This document shows, one piece after another, positions 28,673 through 38,009 of a DNA stretch of 56,434 nucleotides; the stretch's first letter is position 1; each line of letters starts with the position of its first letter. This stretch comes from a virus (lineage: Duplodnaviria; Caudoviricetes): positions 1 to 56,434 of the IMG/VR virus record IMGVR_UViG_3300044638_006829; one strand, given 5' to 3'. Position numbers and translations under genes: made by a program. The notes under the pieces are model-generated. The model searched no databases and had not been told where the DNA came from. It worked only from the letters and a program-made list of their open reading frames with translations.

Positions 28673-29107
28673 ATGGCTACACGTAAACCGCTTGTTATTA
28701 TCAGCGGAGTTTCATCTGAGCTACCTCCTGGTGATCTTGTACCGGGCATTGATGCAGTTGCTCAAGCATCAGGCAACGCAGCATTAGTTTTAGCGGCAAC
28801 TGCTTTATCTTCCGGCAATGCGGCTCTTGTTGTTGGCAATAACGCATTAGCTAGTGGAAATTTAGGCATAGCTAGTGCTGCTACTGCACTTGCTTCTGGA
28901 AATTCTGCTTTATTTGTTAGTGCAACTGCTCTGGCGTCCGGTAACGCCGCCCTTGTTGTCGGCACTAACGCGTTAGCTAGCGGCAATTTAGGCGTGGCGG
29001 ATGCAGCGACCGCGTTGGCTTCCGGCAATGCCGCGTTAAGTTTGATTGCTTCTAGTTCATCGCTAACTGAAGGTCAGGTTATTGGCCTTATTTTTGCTTT
29101 GAGTTGA
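28673..29107 (+). CDS. repeat-containing fibre or coiled-coil protein
   Basis: Seven SGN units at a 14-aa period (ALASGNAAL...). Confidence 0.65.
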   Translation: MATRKPLVIISGVSSELPPGDLVPGIDAVAQASGNAALVLAATALSSGNAALVVGNNALASGNLGIASAATALASGNSALFVSATALASGNAALVVGTNALASGNLGVADAATALASGNAALSLIASSSSLTEGQVIGLIFALS

Positions 29108-29155
29108 TTCTTACGTGCGCTGCGCACTTGTTTTATTAAAAGATGAAAATTTAAA

Positions 29156-29815
29156 ATGGCAATTTCTGAACTTGCACATTTTTTTATAAATCCTGACGCT
29201 AGTTTAAAAGATTTTATACAAATATATGACGATTGTGTAGACTATAGTTTATGCGATTTAATTATTGCAGAGTATGCTCCTGACGACCCGTCGTGGATAA
29301 CTTCTACAATAATGACGGATACAGGCGGGTCTGCCGCTAACCCGCGCTATCGAAATTCGCGTGAAACTTGCTTATCACTTCAATCGGTTATTGACGAAAA
29401 TCCTCTTGTGCGTCGGGATATCGATCAAAGAGTATTCGAAATTTGTTCTAAAGTTTGGAACGACTACGTATCTCGTGTCACACCATATATAAAAACAAAA
29501 CATGATTCAGGTTATCAACTTTTGGCCTACGGCGTGGGAGCCTACTTCCAAGAACATACAGACGCTTTATATTATCCTGAAATAAGAGAAGGCGATTACG
29601 TACATATAGATCACTGTGCAGCTAGACAAATTTCAATTTCTATACAATTAAACGACAATTACGAAGGAGGTGAGTTAACTTTTTTTAACGGTAAATACAG
29701 CGTGCCTAAGAAAAAAGGTTTAGTTACTGTATTTCCTTCGTATAGCCTTTTCCCTCATCAGGTTACTGCAGTAACTTCTGGGTGTAGATTTTCTATCGTT
29801 ACTTGGTTCTCGTAA
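29156..29815 (+). CDS. 2OG-Fe(II) oxygenase
   Basis: HTD, LND.YEGGEL.F, FPS...FPH.V..V.SG.R.S.V.W. Confidence 0.9.
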   Translation: MAISELAHFFINPDASLKDFIQIYDDCVDYSLCDLIIAEYAPDDPSWITSTIMTDTGGSAANPRYRNSRETCLSLQSVIDENPLVRRDIDQRVFEICSKVWNDYVSRVTPYIKTKHDSGYQLLAYGVGAYFQEHTDALYYPEIREGDYVHIDHCAARQISISIQLNDNYEGGELTFFNGKYSVPKKKGLVTVFPSYSLFPHQVTAVTSGCRFSIVTWFS

Positions 29816-29869
29816 ATTTTCTATCGGCTATAATTTAGGTAATATTCAAACTCTGTGTTGGTAACTTAA

Positions 29870-30190
29870 ATGGCATCGTTCTTCAATGCCTCTTATCCGC
29901 AAGTTCCCTCTTCTGAAGTTTCGGTATTAACATCCACCTCTAACTCCCTAATTGTTCTGAGTATCCTTGTTGCAAACCGTGACGGAAGCTCTCCCGTAGA
30001 TGTCACGTGTTCTCATAAAAGTGCCGCTGATGCCGTTAAAAATTATTTAGGGTACACAATCACGGTTCCTGCAGACTCTAACGTAGACTTAATCGGAAAC
30101 AAATATATTTTGCCTAGTGGTGAGAAGTTAGCTTTTACAGCCAGCACAAGCGGCGCTTTAGATGTGGCTGTTTCTTACGTTACGGTGTGA
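29870..30190 (+). CDS. small beta-sandwich virion protein
   Basis: IV.SI.VAN....VPAD...LI..K.IL..G..L.....LD..VSY pattern. Confidence 0.6.
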   Translation: MASFFNASYPQVPSSEVSVLTSTSNSLIVLSILVANRDGSSPVDVTCSHKSAADAVKNYLGYTITVPADSNVDLIGNKYILPSGEKLAFTASTSGALDVAVSYVTV

Positions 30191-30864
30191 AAATGACTGA
30201 TTTCAGAAATACTTTATTTAGCTTTGAAGGCGAAACTCCCGCTTTTTTACCTGCTAGGCTTCGTTTACCTTGCGGTCTTACCCGCTACTCTAACTCTATT
30301 ACGTTAGAAGAACTTCTTTCTTGCGGTTACATAGGTCCTATTGAAGTACCTATTTGTAAACCCGACGAATTTCCTCAATGGGACGCGGAGAAGCGTATTT
30401 TTGTTGTTTGTAAAAAATCTCCAGAAGAATTACTTATCAAAACTGATCAACTTTTTCGTTTACAGTTACAAGAACTTTTAAATAATTGCGATCCTTTAGA
30501 AAGAGAAACGTTAACAGAAGAAGGACAGAGTAAGTACGATAATTACTACGGTAAAATTGTAAATTTACTAGCATCTGATACATATATATCTGAACAAGAT
30601 ATACCTTCTTTGTCTTTGAATTTTTTAGACAAAAAAGGAGAAAAAGAAGCTTATTTAAACACAATAATTGATAAAAATTACATGCTTAAAATGCAGTTTC
30701 ATTATGAATATTATGGTGTAAACAGCTGGGAAATGGAGCGACCCGACGCTGTTATGAAAGATTTCAAAGATAACTTCACGCCCCCACCCACGTGGACACC
30801 TTCCGGTTCATTATCTGACGCTCAAATTCAAGCTTGGAAAAATTGCCCCACTGTTTGGGAGTAG
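30187..30864 (+). CDS. tail-assembly-like hypothetical protein
   Basis: P..LP.RLRL..G.TR......EEL...GY.GP...P......W; AT-rich. Confidence 0.5.
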   Translation: MKMTDFRNTLFSFEGETPAFLPARLRLPCGLTRYSNSITLEELLSCGYIGPIEVPICKPDEFPQWDAEKRIFVVCKKSPEELLIKTDQLFRLQLQELLNNCDPLERETLTEEGQSKYDNYYGKIVNLLASDTYISEQDIPSLSLNFLDKKGEKEAYLNTIIDKNYMLKMQFHYEYYGVNSWEMERPDAVMKDFKDNFTPPPTWTPSGSLSDAQIQAWKNCPTVWE

Positions 30865-30907
30865 GGGTATAATATAAAAAGGGCTTAATTCTGTCAGGAG
30901 TTCGAGT

Positions 30908-31969
30908 TTGGCTCGTAAATACGGCAATCAAACTGGTGCTTTTACTGATCCGTCTTCGGCAGGCGCCCCTGGCTCTTGGATTTCTCCTACCGAAGTAGCC
31001 CGTCAAAAAACAGCAAGCCGGTGGCCTGTTGTCTTGCCAGGGGCACCGCCTATTTTGACTGGCAGCTATGTTTTTGCAATAGCTAGTGGAATTTCTGACA
31101 CATTAGTTGCTGGAGGCAATTATCACGTTGCCGACGGTAGTGCGAAAAATAGGACAACAGATTCGGAGTTATTTGCCGTACTGAGCACTACGTACGGTAG
31201 TGGTAACGGAACTACTACATATAATCTTCCTGATTTATCTAATTCTTATACTTATTTGAAAACTACCACTGTTTCGGGATCTACCTTAGCGGCTCTTTCA
31301 GGAACAGCTTCTTTGCCTAGTCACACTCATAGTGTTTATGGAATTGCAAATAGTACAAGTTTTTCAACGAACAATAACGGACCACCGCGAACTCTTCGTA
31401 ATACTGCAGTCAGCGCTACGTTAGAAGTTGGAGCTGCAGGCGCTGCCGACGGCAATAATCCGCGTCGACGCCAAGCAAAAATTCTTATTGCCAGAACTTC
31501 AGCACTAGCTCAAACCGGCGTGGTGTTTCCTGTTCTTTTGCCGCTTAACGAAGCTTCTTTTGCGGCTGCACTACCTTCTGCTCTTATTATCCCATCCGGT
31601 CAGAATATTTCTAGGATTACTAACCCAACTTTGTTTGGGTATGTAGGCACTAAATTTGGTTCTGGTGATGGCTCTACAACATTCGGGTTGCCGGATCTCA
31701 GAGGTTTATTTCTTCAGGGGTATTCCACTGGCATCTTAGACGCATCGGGCACGCTTCCTAGCGGATACTTGCTCGATGGGTTTGCTAGGCACACTCACAT
31801 CTCTAACTTGCGGGCAGACAATGGTGGAGGACAAGCTCAAGGGCTTGGCGGTTTAACTAATCTAGGGAATACGATGTCTGCCCCTGTAACAGGTTCTTCA
31901 TCCCTTACCGGTACGGGAGATTCTAGACCTGCTAATGTATCTGTTGTCTGGTGTTTAGTAGGAGGTTAA
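30908..31969 (+). CDS. tail-collar domain protein (two collar domains)
   Basis: LFAVL.TTYG.GNGTTT.NLPDL and LF..VGT.FG.GDGSTTF.LPDLRGLF; H.H motifs. Confidence 0.85.
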   Translation: MARKYGNQTGAFTDPSSAGAPGSWISPTEVARQKTASRWPVVLPGAPPILTGSYVFAIASGISDTLVAGGNYHVADGSAKNRTTDSELFAVLSTTYGSGNGTTTYNLPDLSNSYTYLKTTTVSGSTLAALSGTASLPSHTHSVYGIANSTSFSTNNNGPPRTLRNTAVSATLEVGAAGAADGNNPRRRQAKILIARTSALAQTGVVFPVLLPLNEASFAAALPSALIIPSGQNISRITNPTLFGYVGTKFGSGDGSTTFGLPDLRGLFLQGYSTGILDASGTLPSGYLLDGFARHTHISNLRADNGGGQAQGLGGLTNLGNTMSAPVTGSSSLTGTGDSRPANVSVVWCLVGG

Positions 31970-31974
31970 ATAAA

Positions 31975-32496
31975 GTGATTGGTCAGATTCTTCTCTCTAG
32001 TCGACATTTGGGCACTGTCTTCAGTCCGCCAGGAGCCTCTTACGCTTTGTTAAACGGGCAAAGTCTAAACAGGAGTACTTACGGTTCCTTAAGTGCTTAT
32101 TGGCCTACCGGTGCCTATGGCAGTACTGTAACTACTATAGTTCTTCCGGATTTAACTGATGGTTATTATTTAAGAGGGCATTCTTTTGGTAATGGTTTTG
32201 ATCCCGGTGCTAGTTCGAGAACCGTTCCTTCGGGCACGCTTCCTGTAGCCCCCAGTGGCATCGGAACTTTTCAATTAGCCCAGATGGTGACCCACACTCA
32301 TCCTTCTGGAACTCAATCTGCAACTTTACCGTTCGGCGACGGCGGAGGAGACGCTAACGCAACCTATCCTGTCTTAGGGACCGCAACTAGCGCAGCCCCC
32401 TCCACTTTGGCCGGACTTACCGTTGTGGGAACCGCCAGTCAAACGTCGTTTGATCTTGCTCATATGAAATTTTATCCGTACATTAGAATTCTTTAG
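31975..32496 (+). CDS. tail-collar domain protein
   Basis: NGQSL.R..Y..L...LPDL..YYLRG...G..Q....HTH...YI; GTG start at 31975. Confidence 0.75.
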   Translation: MIGQILLSSRHLGTVFSPPGASYALLNGQSLNRSTYGSLSAYWPTGAYGSTVTTIVLPDLTDGYYLRGHSFGNGFDPGASSRTVPSGTLPVAPSGIGTFQLAQMVTHTHPSGTQSATLPFGDGGGDANATYPVLGTATSAAPSTLAGLTVVGTASQTSFDLAHMKFYPYIRIL

Positions 32497-32498
32497 TG

Positions 32499-33065
32499 TT
32501 ATATAAAGTTATACCATCCTGTTATAATGTATTTTGATTGGGTTGGAGATACAACACCTTTGTGTGTGTGCGTGAAATCAGGAGGCCATATGAGAATTTT
32601 TCCTTTTACGGCATCTTCAGTGTGATTTAAATACTTAAAGTGCGTCCCTCCAGCATCCGTTAAATCATTTAAATATATCATCCAAACCAACATTCTTGTT
32701 GTTGTATTAACGCAACTGCGTTCGCAGTGATATTCCTTGAATCCTCCGTTTGGCGGTATGTATTTTTGTATGTTTACTTTTTCCGTCATTGAAAAATTAA
32801 AACCATCTAGTTTGAACTCTTTTATGTATGCTAAAATAGACTTCCATAAAGAATTTAGTAAGTTTTCAAAGCACGGAATAGTGTACAAGTCTTCTACACA
32901 TAAAGATATATCTAATGACTCCTTAGCTTCCTTAATAACTACTTGTCCGTGCTCATCCCGTACTCTCCCAGGAGAAGCCATATGGATATTTTTTTCAAAC
33001 CAATGTATTGCATGTTCGCAATCTATTGTATTTTCAGTCGTGTAACGTCGAATAAATGAGTCCAT
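32499..33065 (-). CDS. 2OG-Fe(II) oxygenase (cyanophage type)
   Basis: NIQKY.P..GF..YHCE...R.LVWM.YLND...GGT.F...IWP.DFTH.HKG...KYI.TGW. Confidence 0.9.
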   Translation of the reverse strand: MDSFIRRYTTENTIDCEHAIHWFEKNIHMASPGRVRDEHGQVVIKEAKESLDISLCVEDLYTIPCFENLLNSLWKSILAYIKEFKLDGFNFSMTEKVNIQKYIPPNGGFKEYHCERSCVNTTTRMLVWMIYLNDLTDAGGTHFKYLNHTEDAVKGKILIWPPDFTHTHKGVVSPTQSKYIITGWYNFI

Positions 33066-33116
33066 TGTGCTATCCGTTAATTTGCGCTGCAGTTATGTAG
33101 CGGCGGGCATATCTAG

Positions 33117-33995
33117 TCATCTTTCTAATTTTTTATAAAAATTTGTAGCTGCAGTTTTCCATAGAGTTTTCCATTTAACCCATAATGCCCCGCAATCTGC
33201 TTTATATTTCTCGTATTCCACAGAAGACACTTCGTGGACGGCATCGCAGGTTAGCTCCCACCAATCCTCTGATACAAAAGGCATTTTTTGCTCGCCGTAA
33301 AATACCGCGTGCCAATAAGAGGGCCTCAATATAAACTGAAGTGAATTATTTAAAGTTACAGGAACGCAACCAGCTTCCAAAGCTTCATATATACGGAAAG
33401 AGTCCATGCTGTCCTGACCCGGAGGACATAATGCGTATTTACTACTTTCCAACAATTTAACGTATTCTGCCGTATTTAATCCGTCGTTCGCGTTAAAACC
33501 GCTGCATAGGTGAGCCCTATTAGGTTTTAAGTCTGAAAACATATCGAGCATCTGTTTGCGCTCACCATGGGCAGTACCTGCGAACGACCACTGAAGATTT
33601 TTAGTTCGATCTCCGCTTAGGTAATTGCAGAAACCTCTTTTGTACCCCAATCCAAAAATTTTAACTTTGGGATTTGTTAGTTGCCTTGGGTGAACGTAGT
33701 TTCGCATTAAACCAAGGCATTGCGGATCGTGCAACCACTCGCACGGGTCCATCAGATTTTCATCGCTAAGCAAAACAATCACATATCGTTTTCCTTTAGA
33801 TCTGAGTTCATCTAAAACATACCTATAAGGTACGGCGTGATTACAAATTAATACTGTGTTCTCGTTGATTTTTATTTTTGTTGGATCTGATTCTATTTCG
33901 ATGTGTTGTTGCACATCGCTAAATAAATACCGCAACCAATCGAGTTCCCAGAGTGATTCATCTTGGGTAAACCATTGGATATTTACAGAAGTCAT
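33117..33995 (-). CDS. exostosin-like glycosyltransferase (GT47)
   Basis: W.FAG...R......Y..LL..SKYALCPPG...DSFRIYEALEAGCVPV. Confidence 0.85.
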   Translation of the reverse strand: MTSVNIQWFTQDESLWELDWLRYLFSDVQQHIEIESDPTKIKINENTVLICNHAVPYRYVLDELRSKGKRYVIVLLSDENLMDPCEWLHDPQCLGLMRNYVHPRQLTNPKVKIFGLGYKRGFCNYLSGDRTKNLQWSFAGTAHGERKQMLDMFSDLKPNRAHLCSGFNANDGLNTAEYVKLLESSKYALCPPGQDSMDSFRIYEALEAGCVPVTLNNSLQFILRPSYWHAVFYGEQKMPFVSEDWWELTCDAVHEVSSVEYEKYKADCGALWVKWKTLWKTAATNFYKKLER

Positions 33996-34039
33996 TTCAG
34001 GAAAAACGATTTACAATTAGCAGTGTTTGGGCGCGTTCG

Positions 34040-34399
34040 ATGGCGAGCGGTAAGCATTGCATCTTAGAGCTTTACCGCGCGAACAGCAGCAAACTAAACG
34101 ATGAAGCTTTTGTTCGGGAGGCTCTTGCCGAAGCAGCCCGAGTCTCGAATGCGACTCTGTTGGACATCAGCACGCATAAGTTTGAACCCCAGGGCGTTAC
34201 AGGGTTTGCGCTGCTAGCTGAATCCCATATATCTATACATACCTGGCCGGAGCATGAGTATGCCGCCGTGGACGTATTTACTTGCGGGGACACCACCGAT
34301 CCTGAATTAGCCTGTACTTATTTAATGAGTCACTTCGAAGCTCGATCCAAACACATTCTTACGTTAGATCGGTATCTTCCTGAGATGGTTGCGGTATAA
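34040..34399 (+). CDS. speD: S-adenosylmethionine decarboxylase proenzyme (pyruvoyl)
   Basis: GKH...HKFEPQGVT...LAESHISIHTWPE..YAAVDVFTCG. Confidence 0.95.
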   Translation: MASGKHCILELYRANSSKLNDEAFVREALAEAARVSNATLLDISTHKFEPQGVTGFALLAESHISIHTWPEHEYAAVDVFTCGDTTDPELACTYLMSHFEARSKHILTLDRYLPEMVAV

Positions 34400-34444
34400 C
34401 TTCCCCACACATTCGCTAAAATACAGGTAAGCAGCGCACTTTAT

Positions 34445-34828
34445 GTGAGCGAACAAGATTATTTGTTCGAGTTAAAGTGTTTGCAACGCAGTACTGCCCG
34501 GAAACGCTTCCGAAAGGACATCTTCGAAGCGTGGAACGGCTGCGCGTATTGTGGGCGCACTAACCCCAGCACTTTGGATCATGTTGTCCCTAAATCCAAA
34601 GGCGGCGCGACCTGCAGAACAAACCTAGTAGCATCGTGTGCTTGTTGCAACTTAGCTAAGTCTGATCTGCCCTGGTTCTCGTGGTTCCGAGAACAAGACT
34701 TCTGGGATATAGATCGCGAGCTTAGAATTTTAGAGTGGGTTAATCACTCCCACGATAATGTGGAGTCCGCTAGGCATTACATTACGCTTTGCGAAACTCC
34801 ACTTATCGAGCCGGCCTTTACTGCTTAG
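34445..34828 (+). CDS. HNH endonuclease (McrA-like, motifs intact)
   Basis: CAYCG...TLDHVVPKSKGG....NLV..C..CN..K. Confidence 0.9.
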   Translation: MSEQDYLFELKCLQRSTARKRFRKDIFEAWNGCAYCGRTNPSTLDHVVPKSKGGATCRTNLVASCACCNLAKSDLPWFSWFREQDFWDIDRELRILEWVNHSHDNVESARHYITLCETPLIEPAFTA

Positions 34829-34994
34829 CTAAGCGGGTCACAATACCAGCCAGAATTTCCACAATTCGGTAGTACTTAGCTACAGCTTGATCATCTTTTT
34901 GTGTAGGCGTCAGGTTTACGATCACCAGGGCAAGAGCGTGGACAGCCAGAAGAATCTCTACTAAATGCTGAGCGTTAGTTACGAGGTTAGACAT
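34818..34994 (-). CDS. 58-aa holin-like membrane protein (not in ORF track)
   Basis: MSNLVTNAQHLVEILLAVHALALVIVNLTPTQKDDQAVAKYYRIVEILAGIVTRLAKQ*; TM segment plus TPT.KDD. Confidence 0.6.
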   Translation of the reverse strand: MSNLVTNAQHLVEILLAVHALALVIVNLTPTQKDDQAVAKYYRIVEILAGIVTRLAKQ

Positions 34995-35022
34995 CGGAAG
35001 TTTGTATCTGACTTAATGCTAT

Positions 35023-35337
35023 CTAATCTCTCTGAAAATTACTTCGAATTTCCATCGCTCCTCCCAACAAGTTTTGAGCGTTTGATCCGTCTGGCAGATG
35101 CTCTATGTACGTAAATTTAGGTTTTTCTTGTGCTTCCCATTTTTTATGTATGTCGTTTATTTGCTTATCCACAGAATCTAACGCTGTCTCTATTCTCCAA
35201 ATAATCCAATCACATTTGCAATATTCCAGTAGCAACCTAACAAATCTATTTCTTTTTAATCTCGGGAACTGATTTGCAAGAGCTTTAACAATTTCGTAGC
35301 TTACCGCTAACCAGAAATTGTACTTAGTTTTTTTCAT
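35023..35337 (-). CDS. hypothetical protein
   Basis: 104 aa; overlaps the upstream gene. Confidence 0.55.
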   Translation of the reverse strand: MKKTKYNFWLAVSYEIVKALANQFPRLKRNRFVRLLLEYCKCDWIIWRIETALDSVDKQINDIHKKWEAQEKPKFTYIEHLPDGSNAQNLLGGAMEIRSNFQRD

Positions 35338-35593
35338 TTATCTTGCTGAGAATTAGCTGATCTAGTTTGTCGTTTATGTGATTCAGCCTGTCTTTGATTT
35401 CCGTTAATCCTGTGTTCAGATCTGTTTTTAAAGCATAAACTGCTGGAAACTCATTCACACGTATTTCCACTTCTTCTAACCTTTTTTTAACAGAATTAAA
35501 TCTGTCGTTTATTACAGTTTGTCGCTGTTGATGCGACCACGTAAGGAAACCTAAAATTGTGGCCGCCGCCGCGACAAGAGCTTCGGGACCCAT
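35324..35593 (-). CDS. membrane-anchored coiled-coil protein (lysis-associated candidate)
   Basis: N-terminal TM segment, Y..K.D motif, I.DKLD.L coil. Confidence 0.6.
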   Translation of the reverse strand: MGPEALVAAAATILGFLTWSHQQRQTVINDRFNSVKKRLEEVEIRVNEFPAVYALKTDLNTGLTEIKDRLNHINDKLDQLILSKINEKN

Positions 35594-35684
35594 TTGTGGC
35601 GCATAACTAAGTTAATTTTAAAACTATCGAGTAGCTATTGACCCGCGATTTTCTATTAAACTTAGAGTACTTGACGACTCGGAC

Positions 35685-36122
35685 GTGTCTCAATTCACGA
35701 AAAATCTTGAGTTAAATACGGTTGTTAATAGCGGACTTACTGATCCGTCTCGCCGTACCGGTTCCACGCATTTTGACCAGCGTCGGACGCTGAACGCTAG
35801 CGGCGTGGTTGTTGTCGACAGCACTTCGCGCACCTACGCGGCTGATGGTATTTACGGTATTTCTGATTACTACCCTCTGACTGTTAACGCTACTGGGATT
35901 CTCCAAGTAGATATTCGGGATCAGAACAGTTGCGGCGACGTAATTATTCTGGATTCTGCTGGAACGGAAGTCATGACCGCTTCTCCTTCCAAGTTCAGCA
36001 GCCGGAACAGCACTGTTACTCAAACTCGAATCGCTAGCAGCGGAGCTTACTACACGTACATTCAGCTCAAGGGTCGCTCTGGCACTGAGTACCGGATAGG
36101 TATTGACGTGCAAGTACGTTGA
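35685..36122 (+). CDS. beta-sandwich (PPC-like) protein
   Basis: DYY...V...G....ILDS.G......SG.YY..I.......Y.I pattern. Confidence 0.5.
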   Translation: MSQFTKNLELNTVVNSGLTDPSRRTGSTHFDQRRTLNASGVVVVDSTSRTYAADGIYGISDYYPLTVNATGILQVDIRDQNSCGDVIILDSAGTEVMTASPSKFSSRNSTVTQTRIASSGAYYTYIQLKGRSGTEYRIGIDVQVR

Positions 36123-37357
36123 ACGTATCTAACAACGGCATATCCCTCATAAAGAAATTTGAGGGTTGCCGCTTAACATCTTACCAAGACGTTGGCAAAG
36201 TTTGGACAGTCGGCTGGGGTTCGACTGGTCCTCATATAGGGCCTGGGTTGACGATAACTCAAGCCCAAGCTGACGCATGGTTGCGTGACGATGTAGATAA
36301 ATTTGCCGTAGGGGTAGCAGATGCCCTGAAGGTATCCGTCAATCAAAATCAGTTTGATGCTCTAGTTAGCTTCGCGTATAACGTCGGACTCGGAGCTTTC
36401 CGCAGTTCAACACTCTTAAAACTTCTGAACGACAAGTCTGATCCAAACGTTGTTGCTTCTGAATTTCTTAAATGGGTGAACGTTGATGGTGTTCCTTACG
36501 ATGGTTTAAAAAATCGCCGGAACGCGGAAAAGGGGCTATTTTTGACCAAGGTTCTGCATCCTCTCTTGTCTTCCTCCATCGTCGCTCAGAAGGACACGTG
36601 GTTAAAGCGCGAACCTAAGCAAGCCTCTGAGCTGCCGGCCGAGAAAAAAGTATTCGTCCCCAAGGGCTCTGCGCACGTCTGGCAAGCCATCACCATGGTC
36701 CCTGGGGAGAAGCACTACAAGCTGACTCTGGAGGCGCAGCCCGAGCAGACGTGGTGGATGTGGCCCGCTGATTTCAAGATCATCAACGACCCTAAGCCTG
36801 AGCCAGAACCCGATTTCCAGCACCCAGAACCTTTAGTTTTACCGGTCCCTTATTACAGCCAACGCGACAACAAAGTTGACCCCATGCGCACGTGCTTTAG
36901 TAGCAGCTGCGCCATGCTTCTTAAGTATTTAAAACCGAACAGCATTTCCGGAGACGACGAATATATTCAGACTGTGTATCGTTATGGCGATACAACTGAC
37001 GCAGCTATCCAAGTTAAAGCTCTGCAGCATTACGGAGTTACTTCGGAGTTTCGTCAAAACTTCAATTGGACTGACATCGATTCCCAACTTGTACGGCAAA
37101 TTCCCGTACCTATTGGAATTCTTCACCACGGTCCGGTCAGCGCTCCCTCTGGCGGCGGCCATTGGATCGTGATAATCGGTAGAAATGAGGACAACACCAA
37201 GTACGTTGTGAATGATCCTTTCGGCGAGCTTGATCTAGTTAACGGCAGTTATATTTCCAGCAACGGTAAAGGTTTGTTGTACTCCAAGAAAAATCTTGGG
37301 CCTCGCTTTTTAGTAGAAGGACCCGGCACTGGCTGGGCTATCAAGGCATCCAAATGA
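36119..37357 (+). CDS. endolysin: GH24 lysozyme plus C39-like peptidase
   Basis: FEG..L..YQD....WT.GWG (E-D-T triad), NQFDALVSFAYN.G; PVPYYSQ.DN...C..SSCAM, GHW, NDPFG. Confidence 0.9.
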   Translation: MNVSNNGISLIKKFEGCRLTSYQDVGKVWTVGWGSTGPHIGPGLTITQAQADAWLRDDVDKFAVGVADALKVSVNQNQFDALVSFAYNVGLGAFRSSTLLKLLNDKSDPNVVASEFLKWVNVDGVPYDGLKNRRNAEKGLFLTKVLHPLLSSSIVAQKDTWLKREPKQASELPAEKKVFVPKGSAHVWQAITMVPGEKHYKLTLEAQPEQTWWMWPADFKIINDPKPEPEPDFQHPEPLVLPVPYYSQRDNKVDPMRTCFSSSCAMLLKYLKPNSISGDDEYIQTVYRYGDTTDAAIQVKALQHYGVTSEFRQNFNWTDIDSQLVRQIPVPIGILHHGPVSAPSGGGHWIVIIGRNEDNTKYVVNDPFGELDLVNGSYISSNGKGLLYSKKNLGPRFLVEGPGTGWAIKASK

Positions 37358-37554
37358 ACTCTGCTGCTTGGGACAACATCGCTAAGTGTGCCGACGCGCG
37401 GGCCAGCGAGAAAACCTTTAATTGGGATGAAGAAAACTCACCTTTAGGGGATCTAGTCACACGCGAAATGGCGCGGATGCTAAGTTATCGATTCGCCTTG
37501 ATCGAAGGCGTGTCACGGGATTTTTTAAAAGCACATGACCTCGGAAGGTTTTGA
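37354..37554 (+). CDS. hypothetical protein
   Basis: ATGA coupling to the endolysin. Confidence 0.5.
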   Translation: MNSAAWDNIAKCADARASEKTFNWDEENSPLGDLVTREMARMLSYRFALIEGVSRDFLKAHDLGRF

Positions 37555-37765
37555 TTGGCAGGCAGTCCTCGACACGTGGGACGTACCCAGCGAGCAGAAG
37601 AAAGCAGATTTTCTGGAGTTCTTGTATGAAATGTACACTCCAGAAGATTTTACCTACACAGGTTTGTGGCAGCGGTTTCAGAGAGATCTTGCGGAGATGT
37701 TCCGCGAGACCTGGAGCGGTGAGTCTGACGTGGATTACGTTATGAGCTTCCGCGCTTCCGAGTAG
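37535..37765 (+). CDS. hypothetical protein
   Basis: K.DFLE.LY..Y.....YTGLWQRF. Confidence 0.55.
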   Translation: MTSEGFDWQAVLDTWDVPSEQKKADFLEFLYEMYTPEDFTYTGLWQRFQRDLAEMFRETWSGESDVDYVMSFRASE

Positions 37766-37781
37766 ATTAGATAAAACATCT

Positions 37782-38009
37782 GTGCCGATGGACCGCGATT
37801 ACGACAAGGAATATCGTGATTATCACGGGACTGACGCACAGATAAAACGTCGAGCCGCTCGTAACAAAGCTCGCCGGATTATGGAAAAAAACGGCAAGAC
37901 GCACAAAGGTGATCCCCGTGAAGTAGATCACAAAAATAAGAATCCGTTAGATAATTCGGCTTCGAATATTAGAATGAGAGACAAGCACGCCAATCGGCGA
38001 GATCAGTAA
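37782..38009 (+). CDS. small HNH-like protein
   Basis: RDY.KEY...R..RN.ARR......KGD..EVDH....N...N.R.....NR. Confidence 0.75.
   Translation: MPMDRDYDKEYRDYHGTDAQIKRRAARNKARRIMEKNGKTHKGDPREVDHKNKNPLDNSASNIRMRDKHANRRDQ

Noticed and set aside
28760-29045. CRISPR-like periodic DNA repeat
   Set aside because: Repeats are in frame, vary at synonymous sites and have no unique spacers; they are protein-level repeats.
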